From positions 3,152,996-3,176,995 of the forward strand of contig LT599017.1 of assembly GCA_900079765.1 (NCBI GenBank): 24,000 nucleotides of DNA, read 5' to 3'. A program made the translations under genes and the position numbers. The notes under the pieces are model-generated. The model was not told the origin of the DNA, did no database searches, and was given only the letters and a program-made list of their open reading frames with translations. Positions within the stretch are counted from its first letter, which is position 1. Each line of letters starts with the position of its first letter. Origin of the DNA: an uncultured Eubacteriales bacterium. Lineage in GTDB: Bacteria > Bacillota > Clostridia > Oscillospirales > Oscillospiraceae. Positions 16,060 through 23,802 of this stretch are shown here, piece after piece.

Positions 16060-16383
16060 CCCTACGAATGCTGCGAGGTCACGCCTCTCGGCGTGAAAAG
16101 AATTCGTCCCTTAAGGTACCGGCGGAGGCGTGGGGTGTCTCCGCCGTGAAAACAGCGGCGGTGGGGGACGACGGGCAGCGACCTGGTCGCGCTTGCCGTG
16201 ATGGGCTATCCCATGGACATGGGCAATGCTACGACTTAGGCCAAAGCGCGGCAAAGCGGGTGAGGGCTCCAACGCGCATGAGGTTACAGCCAGAGCAATT
16301 TGCTATTATTAAGGTTATAAGGCGAAATTTTATACGCAAAAGGAAACGGGAATCACAGAAATTGCGGTTCCCGTTCATCTTTT
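16060..16383 (+). ncRNA. Candidate structured non-coding RNA of unknown class (GC-rich, hairpin-dense island ending in its own terminator)
   Basis: About 230 nt of roughly 60% GC lies between AT-rich flanks, and no convincing ORF is present. There are several stems, two sets of mutually exclusive hairpins, and a terminator at 16345-16383. The strong liv promoter lies downstream of that terminator. The 5' end and promoter are not defined. Confidence 0.4.
16345..16383 (+). terminator. Intrinsic terminator closing the non-coding island
   Basis: AACGGGAA-(15-nt loop)-TTCCCGTT is followed by CATCTTTTG. Confidence 0.55.
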
Positions 16384-16424
16384 GGGACAGGCCTTGATTT
16401 TCCGGTGTTTTTGCCCTTTGGGGA

Positions 16425-16453
16425 TTGCATTTTAATTTCTACTCTGCTATAAT
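16425..16453 (+). promoter_or_regulatory. Near-consensus sigma-A promoter of the liv operon
   Basis: TTGCAT (16425-16430), a 17-nt spacer, then TATAAT (16448-16453). It sits about 78 nt upstream of the livJ-like start. Confidence 0.7.
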
Positions 16454-16530
16454 AAAGCAACGCTACGGACAACTGTACGTGATGGGAGGACAAACCCGCT
16501 GGCGTGATTTAGTGAAGGAGGATATATCCC

Positions 16531-17721
16531 ATGAAGAAACTTCTTGCAATGGCTCTTACCTGTACGATGCTGACAGCCATACTGGCGGGCTGCTCCAACA
16601 CCCCAAGCGGCGGCAACAACGGTTCCTCTGGCGGCGACGTGGTTAAAATCGGCGTATTCGAGCCCGCCACCGGCGACTCCGGCCCCGGCGGCAAGCAGGA
16701 GATGCTCGGCATGCAGTACGCAAATAAGGAGACGCCCACCGTGGACATCGGCGGCAAAACCTACAAGGTCGAACTGGTCTATGCCGACAATGGCTCCTCA
16801 ACCGACAAGGCACCCACCGCGGCCGCTCAGCTGGTGAGTTCCGGAGTGTCTATCGTCCTGGGCTCTTACGGCTCCGGCGTGTCCATGGCCGGCGGCCCCA
16901 AGTTTGAAGAGGCAGGCCTCTGCGCCATCGGCGTCACCTGCACCAACCCCAACGTCACCGCAGGCAACGACTACTACTACCGCATCTGTTTCCTGGACCC
17001 CTTCCAGGGCACCATCCTCGCCAACTTTGCTGCTGAGAAGTTCAGCGCCAAGAAGGCCTATTGCCTGGGTGAGCTGGGCAACGAGTACGACCAGGGCCTA
17101 ATCACCTTCTTCGAGCAGGCCTTTACCGCCAACGGCGGCACCGTGATCAAGGACTCGTTCCCCACCAACAACTCCGACTTTACCTCTTACCTCAACAAGG
17201 CCAAGGCCGAGGGCGCCGACGTCATTTTCTGCCCTGTATCCATCGCCTATTCCACTCAGATCGTCAAGCAGGCCGCTTCCCTGGGCATCGAGGCCCCCAT
17301 CCTGGGCTCCGACACCCTGGACAGCAACATGGTCCTTGAGGCCGCTAAGGGCAGCAGCGTCAAGCTGTACGTTTCCACTTTTTATCAAGAGGGCGGCTCC
17401 CCTGAGTTTGATACCGGCATCAAGGAGTACATTAACGGCGACGCTACCGCCAAGACGAATAACGGCGGCAACGATACCATCTCCGCCGTTACCGCCATGG
17501 GCTATGATGCCTACTACACCGCGCTCGAGGCTCTGAAGGCCGCCGGCTCCACCGATCTGGCCGCCATCAAGAAGGCCCTCCCCGGTGTGACCTACGATGG
17601 AGTCTCCGGTGCCATCGCCTTTGACGAGCAGGGCGACGCCATCCGCGACACCGCTTATATCAAAACCGCCGACACCGCCAACGGCGTTTGGACCCTGGAA
17701 ACCGTGCAGAAGGCCGGCTAA
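16531..17721 (+). CDS. livJ: Branched-chain amino-acid ABC transporter substrate-binding lipoprotein (LivJ/LivK-like, type-1 PBP)
   Basis: The 396 aa ORF has the lipobox LAGCS and a Gly/Ser linker. The fold is Leu/Ile/Val-binding-protein-like (VKIGVFEPATGD...VELVYADNGSS..KA...A.QL...GVSIVLGSYGSG). The RBS is GAAGGAGGA. Confidence 0.85.
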   Translation: MKKLLAMALTCTMLTAILAGCSNTPSGGNNGSSGGDVVKIGVFEPATGDSGPGGKQEMLGMQYANKETPTVDIGGKTYKVELVYADNGSSTDKAPTAAAQLVSSGVSIVLGSYGSGVSMAGGPKFEEAGLCAIGVTCTNPNVTAGNDYYYRICFLDPFQGTILANFAAEKFSAKKAYCLGELGNEYDQGLITFFEQAFTANGGTVIKDSFPTNNSDFTSYLNKAKAEGADVIFCPVSIAYSTQIVKQAASLGIEAPILGSDTLDSNMVLEAAKGSSVKLYVSTFYQEGGSPEFDTGIKEYINGDATAKTNNGGNDTISAVTAMGYDAYYTALEALKAAGSTDLAAIKKALPGVTYDGVSGAIAFDEQGDAIRDTAYIKTADTANGVWTLETVQKAG

Positions 17722-17746
17722 TAGGGCGTTACTTCATGTAATTTTT

Positions 17747-17778
17747 CGCATGGCGGAGGCCCGTGCCTCCGCCATGCG
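17747..17778 (+). promoter_or_regulatory. Perfect 14-bp intercistronic stem-loop after the livJ-like gene
   Basis: CGCATGGCGGAGGC-ccgt-GCCTCCGCCATGCG is followed by GCACGTTTATTGG. It lies in the 109-nt gap before livH. Confidence 0.6.
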
Positions 17779-17830
17779 GCACGTTTATTGGCGCTGAATC
17801 ATTCCACGCAACCGCAAGGGAGGAAACCCC

Positions 17831-18706
17831 ATGGAATATATCATATCCATCCTGCTCTCCGGTATTTCGGTGGGCGGGCAGTACGCCCTCATTGCCATCG
17901 GCTACACCATGGTCTACGGCATCCTGCGCCTCATCAACTTCGCCCATGGCGACGTGTTCATGGTGGCCGGCCTCATGATGGTGTACCTCTCGGCTACGCT
18001 GCCACTGCCGCTGGCCGTGCTGCTGGTACTCATTCTCACAGTGATCCTGGGCTTTGCCATTGAGCGGGCAGCCTATAAGCCCCTGCGTACCGCGCCCAGA
18101 ATGAGCGTCATGATCTCCGCCATCGGCGTGAGCTATCTCCTGCAGAACACCGCGACTTACATTACCGGCGGCCTGCCTCAGATGTACCCCACCGTCCCGC
18201 TTCTCTCGGAAAACGTGAATATCTTCGGTTCGACCACCAAGTGGGTCACCGTGGTGACGCCCGTCCTGGTTCTTGGCCTGGTGATCGGCCTTACCCAGCT
18301 CATCAACCATACCAAGGTGGGCATGGCTATGCGGGCAGTGGCCAAGGACTTCGAGACCAGCCAGCTCATGGGCATCAAGATCAACTCCGTCATCTCCATG
18401 ACTTTTATCATCGGCTCGTTTCTGGCGGCGGTTGGTTCGGTACTCTATTTCACCAACTACTCCTCCATCGTGCCCCTTTCCGGCGCCATGCCCGGCCTTA
18501 AGGCTTTCGTGGCCGCCGTGTTCGGCGGCATCGGCTCCATTCCCGGCGCGGTCATCGGCGCGTTCCTCATCGGCATCTGCGAAAACATCATCAAGGGTAC
18601 GCCCTTTACCGTGTTCTCCGACGCCTTTACGTTCGCTTTACTCATCGTGATCCTGGTGGTGAAACCCACCGGACTTTTCGGTGAGAAAGCCACCGACAAG
18701 GTCTAA
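17831..18706 (+). CDS. livH: Branched-chain amino-acid ABC transporter permease LivH
   Basis: The 291 aa ORF begins with the N-terminus typical of LivH: LLSGISVGGQYALIAIGYTMVYGILRLINFAHGDVFMV. Confidence 0.9.
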   Translation: MEYIISILLSGISVGGQYALIAIGYTMVYGILRLINFAHGDVFMVAGLMMVYLSATLPLPLAVLLVLILTVILGFAIERAAYKPLRTAPRMSVMISAIGVSYLLQNTATYITGGLPQMYPTVPLLSENVNIFGSTTKWVTVVTPVLVLGLVIGLTQLINHTKVGMAMRAVAKDFETSQLMGIKINSVISMTFIIGSFLAAVGSVLYFTNYSSIVPLSGAMPGLKAFVAAVFGGIGSIPGAVIGAFLIGICENIIKGTPFTVFSDAFTFALLIVILVVKPTGLFGEKATDKV

Positions 18707-18719
18707 GGGGGTGCCATTC

Positions 18720-19895
18720 ATGAGCAAACAAAAAAAGAACACGAAGGGCGCCTTTATCGCCATGGTCTGCGCTGCCGCCGTGCTGGCGCTGGTCATCCTT
18801 TTGGAAAATACTCTGTCCCCCACCAGTATGCTCTTCACGGTACTTAAAAAGGGTGCGGTTTATACTCTGGTAGCCGTCTCCATGAACCTACTCAACGGTT
18901 TTACAGGGCTTTTCTCCCTGGGCCAGGCTGGCTTTATGCTGCTGGGCGCTTATACTTATGCGATCCTCACTGTCCCTACGGACGTGCGCGACTCGGTCTA
19001 CTACCTCTTTAACGGCTCGGTGGTGAAGTTCTCCCTCCAGGAGGCTTTCAGCGCCCTCTTTGGAACTTCCGGCATGGGCGGGGCAATTAGCCTGGTGCTG
19101 GGCGTGCTGCTGGCCCTGATTCTGGCGGGCCTGGTAGCGGCGTTCTTTGCCTGGCTCATCGGCCTCCCGGTGCTGCGGCTTAAAAGCGACTATCTCGCCA
19201 TCGCCACCTTGGGCTTTGCCGAGATCCTCCGCGCCATCTTCCAGTGGGATGCCCTGGGCAAAGTCACCAACGGAGCCAACATGATCAAGAGTTTCCCCAC
19301 ATTCTCGAGTTTCAACATTACGAATTCTGAAGGTGCAATCGTGCTGCGCCTATCCACCTTTGTCCCCTTCCTGGTGGTCATCGTGTGCATCGCCCTTGTT
19401 GTGCTGCTCATCAATTCCTCCTACGGCCGGGCCTTTAAGGCCATCCGCGAGGACGAGATCGCCGCCGAGGCCATGGGCATCAACCTTGCCAAGCACAAGA
19501 TGCTCTCCTTCTGCATCTCAGCATTCTTCGCCGGCGTGGGCGGCGCTCTCTTCGCGATGTATGCCACCAATGCTCAGGCCAAGGTGTTCACCTCGGCGAT
19601 GACCTATGAGATTCTTTTGATCGTGGTCATCGGCGGTATCGGCTCCATCAGCGGAAGCTGCATCGCCTCGTTCCTCTACATCGCCGCCTCCGAGTGGTGG
19701 CTGCGCGGCCTGGACGAGAACCCACTCCTCGGTTTCAATGCCCCAGCCATATTCCGGGTCGGCCTTCGTATGGTAGTCTTCTCGGTCATCATCATGATTG
19801 TGGTCCTCTTCTTCCGCCGCGGCATCATGGGGAATAAAGAGATACCCGACCTCTTCCGAAGGCGGAAGAAAGCGGCGAAGGAGGTGGCGAAATGA
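18720..19895 (+). CDS. livM: Branched-chain amino-acid ABC transporter permease LivM
   Basis: The core is LivM-like: NLLNGFTGLFSLGQAGFMLLGAYTYA...DYLAIATLGFAEILR...FRGIMG. The start is reassigned to the ATG at 18720 (MSKQKKN), with an AAGGGGG RBS; the ORF-track start at 18681 overlaps livH. Confidence 0.9.
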   Translation: MSKQKKNTKGAFIAMVCAAAVLALVILLENTLSPTSMLFTVLKKGAVYTLVAVSMNLLNGFTGLFSLGQAGFMLLGAYTYAILTVPTDVRDSVYYLFNGSVVKFSLQEAFSALFGTSGMGGAISLVLGVLLALILAGLVAAFFAWLIGLPVLRLKSDYLAIATLGFAEILRAIFQWDALGKVTNGANMIKSFPTFSSFNITNSEGAIVLRLSTFVPFLVVIVCIALVVLLINSSYGRAFKAIREDEIAAEAMGINLAKHKMLSFCISAFFAGVGGALFAMYATNAQAKVFTSAMTYEILLIVVIGGIGSISGSCIASFLYIAASEWWLRGLDENPLLGFNAPAIFRVGLRMVVFSVIIMIVVLFFRRGIMGNKEIPDLFRRRKKAAKEVAK

Positions 19896-20740
19896 GCCAG
19901 AATGTCCTTCGTGTGGAAGACGTTACTATGCAGTTCGGCGGTGTCGTGGCCGTGAACAACCTCTCTCTTGAGGTGAACCAAGGCGAGATTGTGGCCCTTA
20001 TCGGCCCTAACGGTGCGGGCAAGACCACGGCCTTCAACTGCATCACCGGCGTCTACGAGCCCACCAACGGTCAGGTTGCCTTTCTGGGCGAGCCCATCGT
20101 GGAAAACTATCCCCAGGGCAAAATGAGGGCGGCCTATCTGGGCGAGAACAGCGGGAAATACACCAGGCGCATCAGTCCCACACCCGACCAGATCACCCGG
20201 GCGGGTATCGCCCGCACCTTCCAGAATATCCGCCTTTTCTCCACTCTGACAGTATTTGAAAACGTACTAATTGCCAAGCACATGCGGGCCAAGCAGAACT
20301 TCATGTCCGCCACGTTCCGCCTCAACCGCAGGGAAGAGGAGCGGATGCGGGAGGAGACCACGGCTCTTTTAGCGGAGCAGAACCTTCTGCATCTCAAGGA
20401 CGAAGTGGCGGGGAGCCTCCCCTACGGCCTGCAGCGCCGGCTGGAAATCGCCCGCGCCCTGGCCACGGAGCCCAAGCTCCTCCTTCTGGACGAGCCGGCC
20501 GCGGGTATGAACCCCCAGGAGACCCAGGCCCTGGCGGACTTCATCGGCCAGATCCGGGAAAAGTATAGCTTGACCGTATTTATGATAGAGCACCACATGG
20601 ACCTTGTCATGCGCCTCTCCGACCGCATCTACGTCCTGGACTTCGGCAAGCTGATCGCCCGGGGCACGCCGGACGAGGTGCGCAGCGACCAGCGGGTCAT
20701 CGAAGCTTATTTGGGGGTGGCGGAAGATGCTGAAGATTGA
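19892..20740 (+). CDS. livG: Branched-chain amino-acid ABC transporter ATP-binding protein LivG
   Basis: Walker A is GPNGAGKTT, with FGGVVAVNNLSL, signature LPYGLQRRLEIARAL, Walker B LLLLDEPAAGMNP and C-terminal VIEAYLG. There is a 4-nt ATGA overlap with livM. Confidence 0.9.
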   Translation: MSQNVLRVEDVTMQFGGVVAVNNLSLEVNQGEIVALIGPNGAGKTTAFNCITGVYEPTNGQVAFLGEPIVENYPQGKMRAAYLGENSGKYTRRISPTPDQITRAGIARTFQNIRLFSTLTVFENVLIAKHMRAKQNFMSATFRLNRREEERMREETTALLAEQNLLHLKDEVAGSLPYGLQRRLEIARALATEPKLLLLDEPAAGMNPQETQALADFIGQIREKYSLTVFMIEHHMDLVMRLSDRIYVLDFGKLIARGTPDEVRSDQRVIEAYLGVAEDAED

Positions 20741-21422
20741 GGACCTCCGGGTCAACTACGGCGGCATCGAGGCCGTCAAGGGCATCTCATTTGAGGTGCC
20801 TGAGCGCCAGATCGTGACCCTTATCGGTGCCAACGGCGCGGGCAAGTCCACCACCCTCCGCTCCATCGCAGGCCTTGTAAAGCCCGCCTCGGGCCGCATC
20901 CGTTTGCAGGCGGAGGACCTTACGGGAGTAGCCCCCAACGTCATCGTCTCCAAGGGCATTACCCTGGTTCCAGAGGGGCGACGAGTGTTCCCCGACCTCA
21001 CGGTGGTGGAGAATCTGAGGATAGGCGCCTATCTCCGCAAGGACAGCCTGGACGACGACCTCAATTGGGTCTACGACCTGTTCCCCCGTCTCAAGGAGCG
21101 CTCTTGGCAGGCGGCCGGTACCCTCTCCGGCGGCGAGCAGCAGATGCTGGCCGTGGGCCGGGCCCTTATGTCGCGGCCCACGCTGATGATGATGGATGAG
21201 CCCTCGCTGGGCCTCGCGCCCATCGTGGTTAAGGGCATCTTCGACATCATCAAGGAGATCAACCGTCAGGGCGTGACCATCCTCCTGATTGAGCAGAACG
21301 CCAACATGGCCCTCCACATCGCAGACACCGCCTATGTGCTGGAGACCGGCCGCGTCACTCTGACGGGTACGGGCAAGGATCTCCTCAACAACGAACAGGT
21401 GAAAAAGGCGTACCTGGGATAA
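20727..21422 (+). CDS. livF: Branched-chain amino-acid ABC transporter ATP-binding protein LivF
   Basis: Walker A is GANGAGKST, signature LSGGEQQMLAVGRAL, Walker B LMMMDEPSLGLAP, and C-terminal VKKAYLG. It overlaps livG by 14 nt. Confidence 0.9.
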   Translation: MLKIEDLRVNYGGIEAVKGISFEVPERQIVTLIGANGAGKSTTLRSIAGLVKPASGRIRLQAEDLTGVAPNVIVSKGITLVPEGRRVFPDLTVVENLRIGAYLRKDSLDDDLNWVYDLFPRLKERSWQAAGTLSGGEQQMLAVGRALMSRPTLMMMDEPSLGLAPIVVKGIFDIIKEINRQGVTILLIEQNANMALHIADTAYVLETGRVTLTGTGKDLLNNEQVKKAYLG

Positions 21423-21426
21423 TGCG

Positions 21427-21472
21427 AAAAGGCCCCGCCCGGCATCGGATAAGATACCGGGCGGGGCCTTTT
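21427..21472 (+). terminator. Intrinsic terminator of the liv operon
   Basis: AAAAGGCCCCGCCCGG-(14-nt loop)-CCGGGCGGGGCCTTTT. Confidence 0.85.
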
Positions 21473-21796
21473 ATGAGTCCTCTGCGGCCGGCCGTAATGG
21501 AAAATAAGCGCGTGTCTTGCCAAAATTCCACCGAGACCAGAGACTAAGCGGTAGCAGGTCGGCAGAACCTAAAGGCGAGTTTTTCGGTCTGTACCCAAAA
21601 ACCAAAGGTGGGGTAGCATGGACCAAGTAACATATTCAAAGCACGAGTACCCGCTGTGGGGATGAGTATTAGAAGAATATAGAGACATCGCATCACGCTG
21701 GGCCTCCACTGCTGCGCACATTCTCCCCTCTTCCCATTCTGAATTTTCACCCAAACTCATACCCTGTACCAAACCATTGATTGGGAGGTATAAGGT

Positions 21797-22552
21797 ATGA
21801 AACTATTCCTGCTCAAACGAAAGATGCTCACTGTAGTTGCCTGTCTGCTGGCGGCGGCGGCTATGTTCTACGTTGTCAACCACCCCGCCATCGTCGGTGC
21901 CGCCGCCACTACCCGCCAGCTGCCCATCTATTGCGTCCAGCGCGACCAGAAAATGGTCGCCATTTCCTTCGATGCCGCCTGGGGTAATGAGGACACCCAG
22001 CAGCTCATCGACATACTGGCTAAGTATAATGTGCGGGCCACCTTCTTCGTGGTAGGCCAGTGGGTGGACAAATACCCAGAGTCAGTAAAGGCCCTGGCCG
22101 ACGCGGGGCATGAGGTAATGAACCACTCTAATACCCACGCCCATTTTTCTAAGCTCAGCCGGGACCAGATCATCGCCGACGTGAACGCCTGCAACGACAA
22201 AGTCGAGGCCGTCACCGGTGTGCGCCCCACCCTGATTCGCCTGCCCTATGGCGAATACAACGACAACGCCATCTCCTCCATCCGCTCCATCGGCATGGAG
22301 CCCATCCAGTGGGACGTTGACAGCTTGGACTGGAAAGACCTCCCCGCCAGCGAAATTACCCAGCGGGTGACTACCAAGGTGCAGGCCGGGTCTATCGTCC
22401 TCTTCCACAACGCCGCACTCCACACCCCCGAGGCCCTGCCCGGCATCATTGAGAAGCTTCTCCAGGACGGGTACACCTTCGTCCCCATCTCAGAGATCAT
22501 CCTTCCCCAGCCCTACACCATTGACCATACAGGCAAGCAGCTTCCGGAATAA
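21797..22552 (+). CDS. Polysaccharide deacetylase family protein (NodB domain; PdaB/YlxY-like)
   Basis: The 251 aa ORF has an N-terminal TM/signal anchor. NodB motifs are present: ISFDAAWGNEDT, ATFFVVGQW, HEVMNHSNTH, LIRLPYGEY and IVLFHN. The RBS is GGGAGG. Confidence 0.85.
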   Translation: MKLFLLKRKMLTVVACLLAAAAMFYVVNHPAIVGAAATTRQLPIYCVQRDQKMVAISFDAAWGNEDTQQLIDILAKYNVRATFFVVGQWVDKYPESVKALADAGHEVMNHSNTHAHFSKLSRDQIIADVNACNDKVEAVTGVRPTLIRLPYGEYNDNAISSIRSIGMEPIQWDVDSLDWKDLPASEITQRVTTKVQAGSIVLFHNAALHTPEALPGIIEKLLQDGYTFVPISEIILPQPYTIDHTGKQLPE

Positions 22553-22590
22553 GGAAATCACGGCCTTGCATAGTCTTTCTGTATTAGAAA

Positions 22591-22628
22591 GAGCAAACTG
22601 CCTTATGTGGCAGTTTGCTCTTTTCTTG
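22591..22628 (+). terminator. Intrinsic terminator after the deacetylase gene
   Basis: GAGCAAACTGCC-ttatgt-GGCAGTTTGCTC is followed by TTTTCTTG. Confidence 0.85.
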
Positions 22629-22748
22629 TATCGGAAGTCGCTCCCCTTGCGGGGATCAAAATCCCCTGCCAGCAGAAAACGGCTGCGTGGAGAATGTAAC
22701 TGCAGACGGTGAAAGTTTCGTACAGCTTCAAGTCCCTCTCCCGCAATG

Positions 22749-22792
22749 AAAGGCGACGCTGACTTATGCAAAAGTCAGCGTCGCCTTTTTTA
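22749..22792. terminator. Second, bidirectional-looking terminator (probably serving rbsK on the minus strand)
   Basis: AAAGGCGACGCTGACTT-atgcaa-AAGTCAGCGTCGCCTTTTTT has a 14-bp GC-rich core. The tail is TTTTTT on the plus strand and TTTCATT on the minus strand. It lies 83 nt after the rbsK stop. Confidence 0.75.
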
Positions 22793-22874
22793 TCTAGAAT
22801 AGCTATCGCAAAAAAGCCTGGGCAGTGCCTAGCTCGATAAGGCCATCTCCGAGATCGTCCTCTTTTTCCGCTCA

Positions 22875-23762
22875 CTATGCCCCGCTAAACCCGCGCACTT
22901 CCCTCCAGTATGGAATGGATGGGACCGCGCCCTTTCTCGTCACTGCGATGGCGGCCGCTTTGGCCGCCAGCTCCAGTGTCTGCTCCCATGGGAGTTTCTT
23001 CAGCAGGCCGAAGAGAAAGTACCCGGTAAAGGTATCCCCGGCAGCAGTAGTATCCACCGCGTCCACCCTGAATGCCGCCTGATGGAGCCGCCTGCTGATA
23101 TCACAGTAACAGGAACCTTCGCTGCCGAGGGTCAGCACCGTGCGGGAGTCCGGATAGGTCTTAACCATATAATCCATGATTTTCTCGTGGTCGCTCTCTC
23201 CGGAAATAGCGCTCCCTTCAATCTCATTCATCAGAAAGACAGACACCTTGGACAAGCTGCACTCCTTCAGCTCCTCACTGATGGGAGATGGATTAAGTGC
23301 AATGACCATGCCCTTTTCATAGGCCTTGTCAATCATATAGGGCAGTAAATTAACCTCATTCTGCAAGAGAAACAGGTCTCCCTTTTCAAAGGAGGCGAGA
23401 ACCTCGTCTACGAAAGCCTCGGTAACCTTACCGTTGCTGCCGTCAAAGAGCAGAATGCTGTTTTGCGCGTTCTTGTCTACCTGGATGATGGTGTGTCCGC
23501 CCGGTCCGGCCACTTCTTTGATGAATTCCGTCCGGATCCCATTTTCGAGGCATATGTCGAGGAGCATCTGACCGTCATCGCCAATCAGTCCCGCATGATG
23601 GACCGGCACTCCCGCACGTGCCAAGGCGACGGACTGGTTCAGTCCCTTACCACCTGCAAATGCCTCTCTGCTCTTGGCCTTGTGCGTCTCGCCTCCGCGC
23701 ACCATGTGGTCGACCTGGTATACGTAGTCCACATTCAGAGAGCCAAAATTTAAAACTTTCAT
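22875..23762 (-). CDS. rbsK: Ribokinase (PfkB family)
   Basis: The 295 aa ORF is collinear with E. coli RbsK as I recall it: GSLNVD, GGKGLNQSVALARAG, LNPSP, NE.E, VDAVDTTAAGDTFTGYF and AAIAVTRKGAVPSIPY. Confidence 0.85.
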   Translation of the reverse strand: MKVLNFGSLNVDYVYQVDHMVRGGETHKAKSREAFAGGKGLNQSVALARAGVPVHHAGLIGDDGQMLLDICLENGIRTEFIKEVAGPGGHTIIQVDKNAQNSILLFDGSNGKVTEAFVDEVLASFEKGDLFLLQNEVNLLPYMIDKAYEKGMVIALNPSPISEELKECSLSKVSVFLMNEIEGSAISGESDHEKIMDYMVKTYPDSRTVLTLGSEGSCYCDISRRLHQAAFRVDAVDTTAAGDTFTGYFLFGLLKKLPWEQTLELAAKAAAIAVTRKGAVPSIPYWREVRGFSGA

Positions 23763-23802
23763 TCCTTTCCCTCCCGCCGGTTGACCTTTGCCTTCTCCGC
23801 TT

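Noticed and set aside
16060-16383. Assigning the island to a T-box, ykkC/ppGpp-PRPP, cobalamin, FMN, ZTP, M-box, c-di-GMP or c-di-AMP riboswitch, or to RNase P, tmRNA, SRP or 6S RNA.
   Set aside because: - There are superficial resemblances: AAGGUACCGGCGG versus the T-box GGUGGUACCGCG or the ykkC CUAGGGUUCCGGCG, GUGAAAAC..GCGGCGGU versus the FMN/B12 cores, and GGUGAGGGCUCC versus the M-box.
- In each case the other obligatory conserved blocks are absent or in the wrong position. Examples are GGUCCGAGAG and ACGG.GGGA.AAAAGCCCGGGAGA for ykkC, the B12 box, AGUCUGGAUG, CCGCCUGGGC and GAGGAAAGUCC.
- The ppGpp idea was attractive because that class controls BCAA genes, but the sequence does not support it.
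16068-16397. A 109-aa ORF covering the GC-rich island upstream of liv.
   Set aside because: No RBS precedes the ATG. The product is Arg/Lys/Gly-rich with no recognisable fold, and the ORF runs straight through the terminator hairpin. The other five frames are also unconvincing. I treated the region as non-coding.
19892-19906. YjjI and LivG both begin with MSQNV.
   Set aside because: The five-residue identity at the N-terminus has no further similarity behind it, so it is coincidence.
21618-21665. A 15-codon micro-ORF (MDQVTYSKHEYPLWG) with an AAAGGTGGGG RBS-like sequence, in the 320-nt gap between livF and the deacetylase gene.
   Set aside because: It is too short to evaluate from sequence alone, and I could not see a promoter or any conservation evidence. 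It could be chance, so it is noted only.
21741-21765. A possible sporulation-sigma (sigma-E/sigma-G-like) promoter, GAATT...CATACCCT, upstream of the PdaB-like deacetylase.
   Set aside because: The spacing and the -35 match are poor, and I cannot verify that the organism sporulates. The evidence is insufficient to call it.
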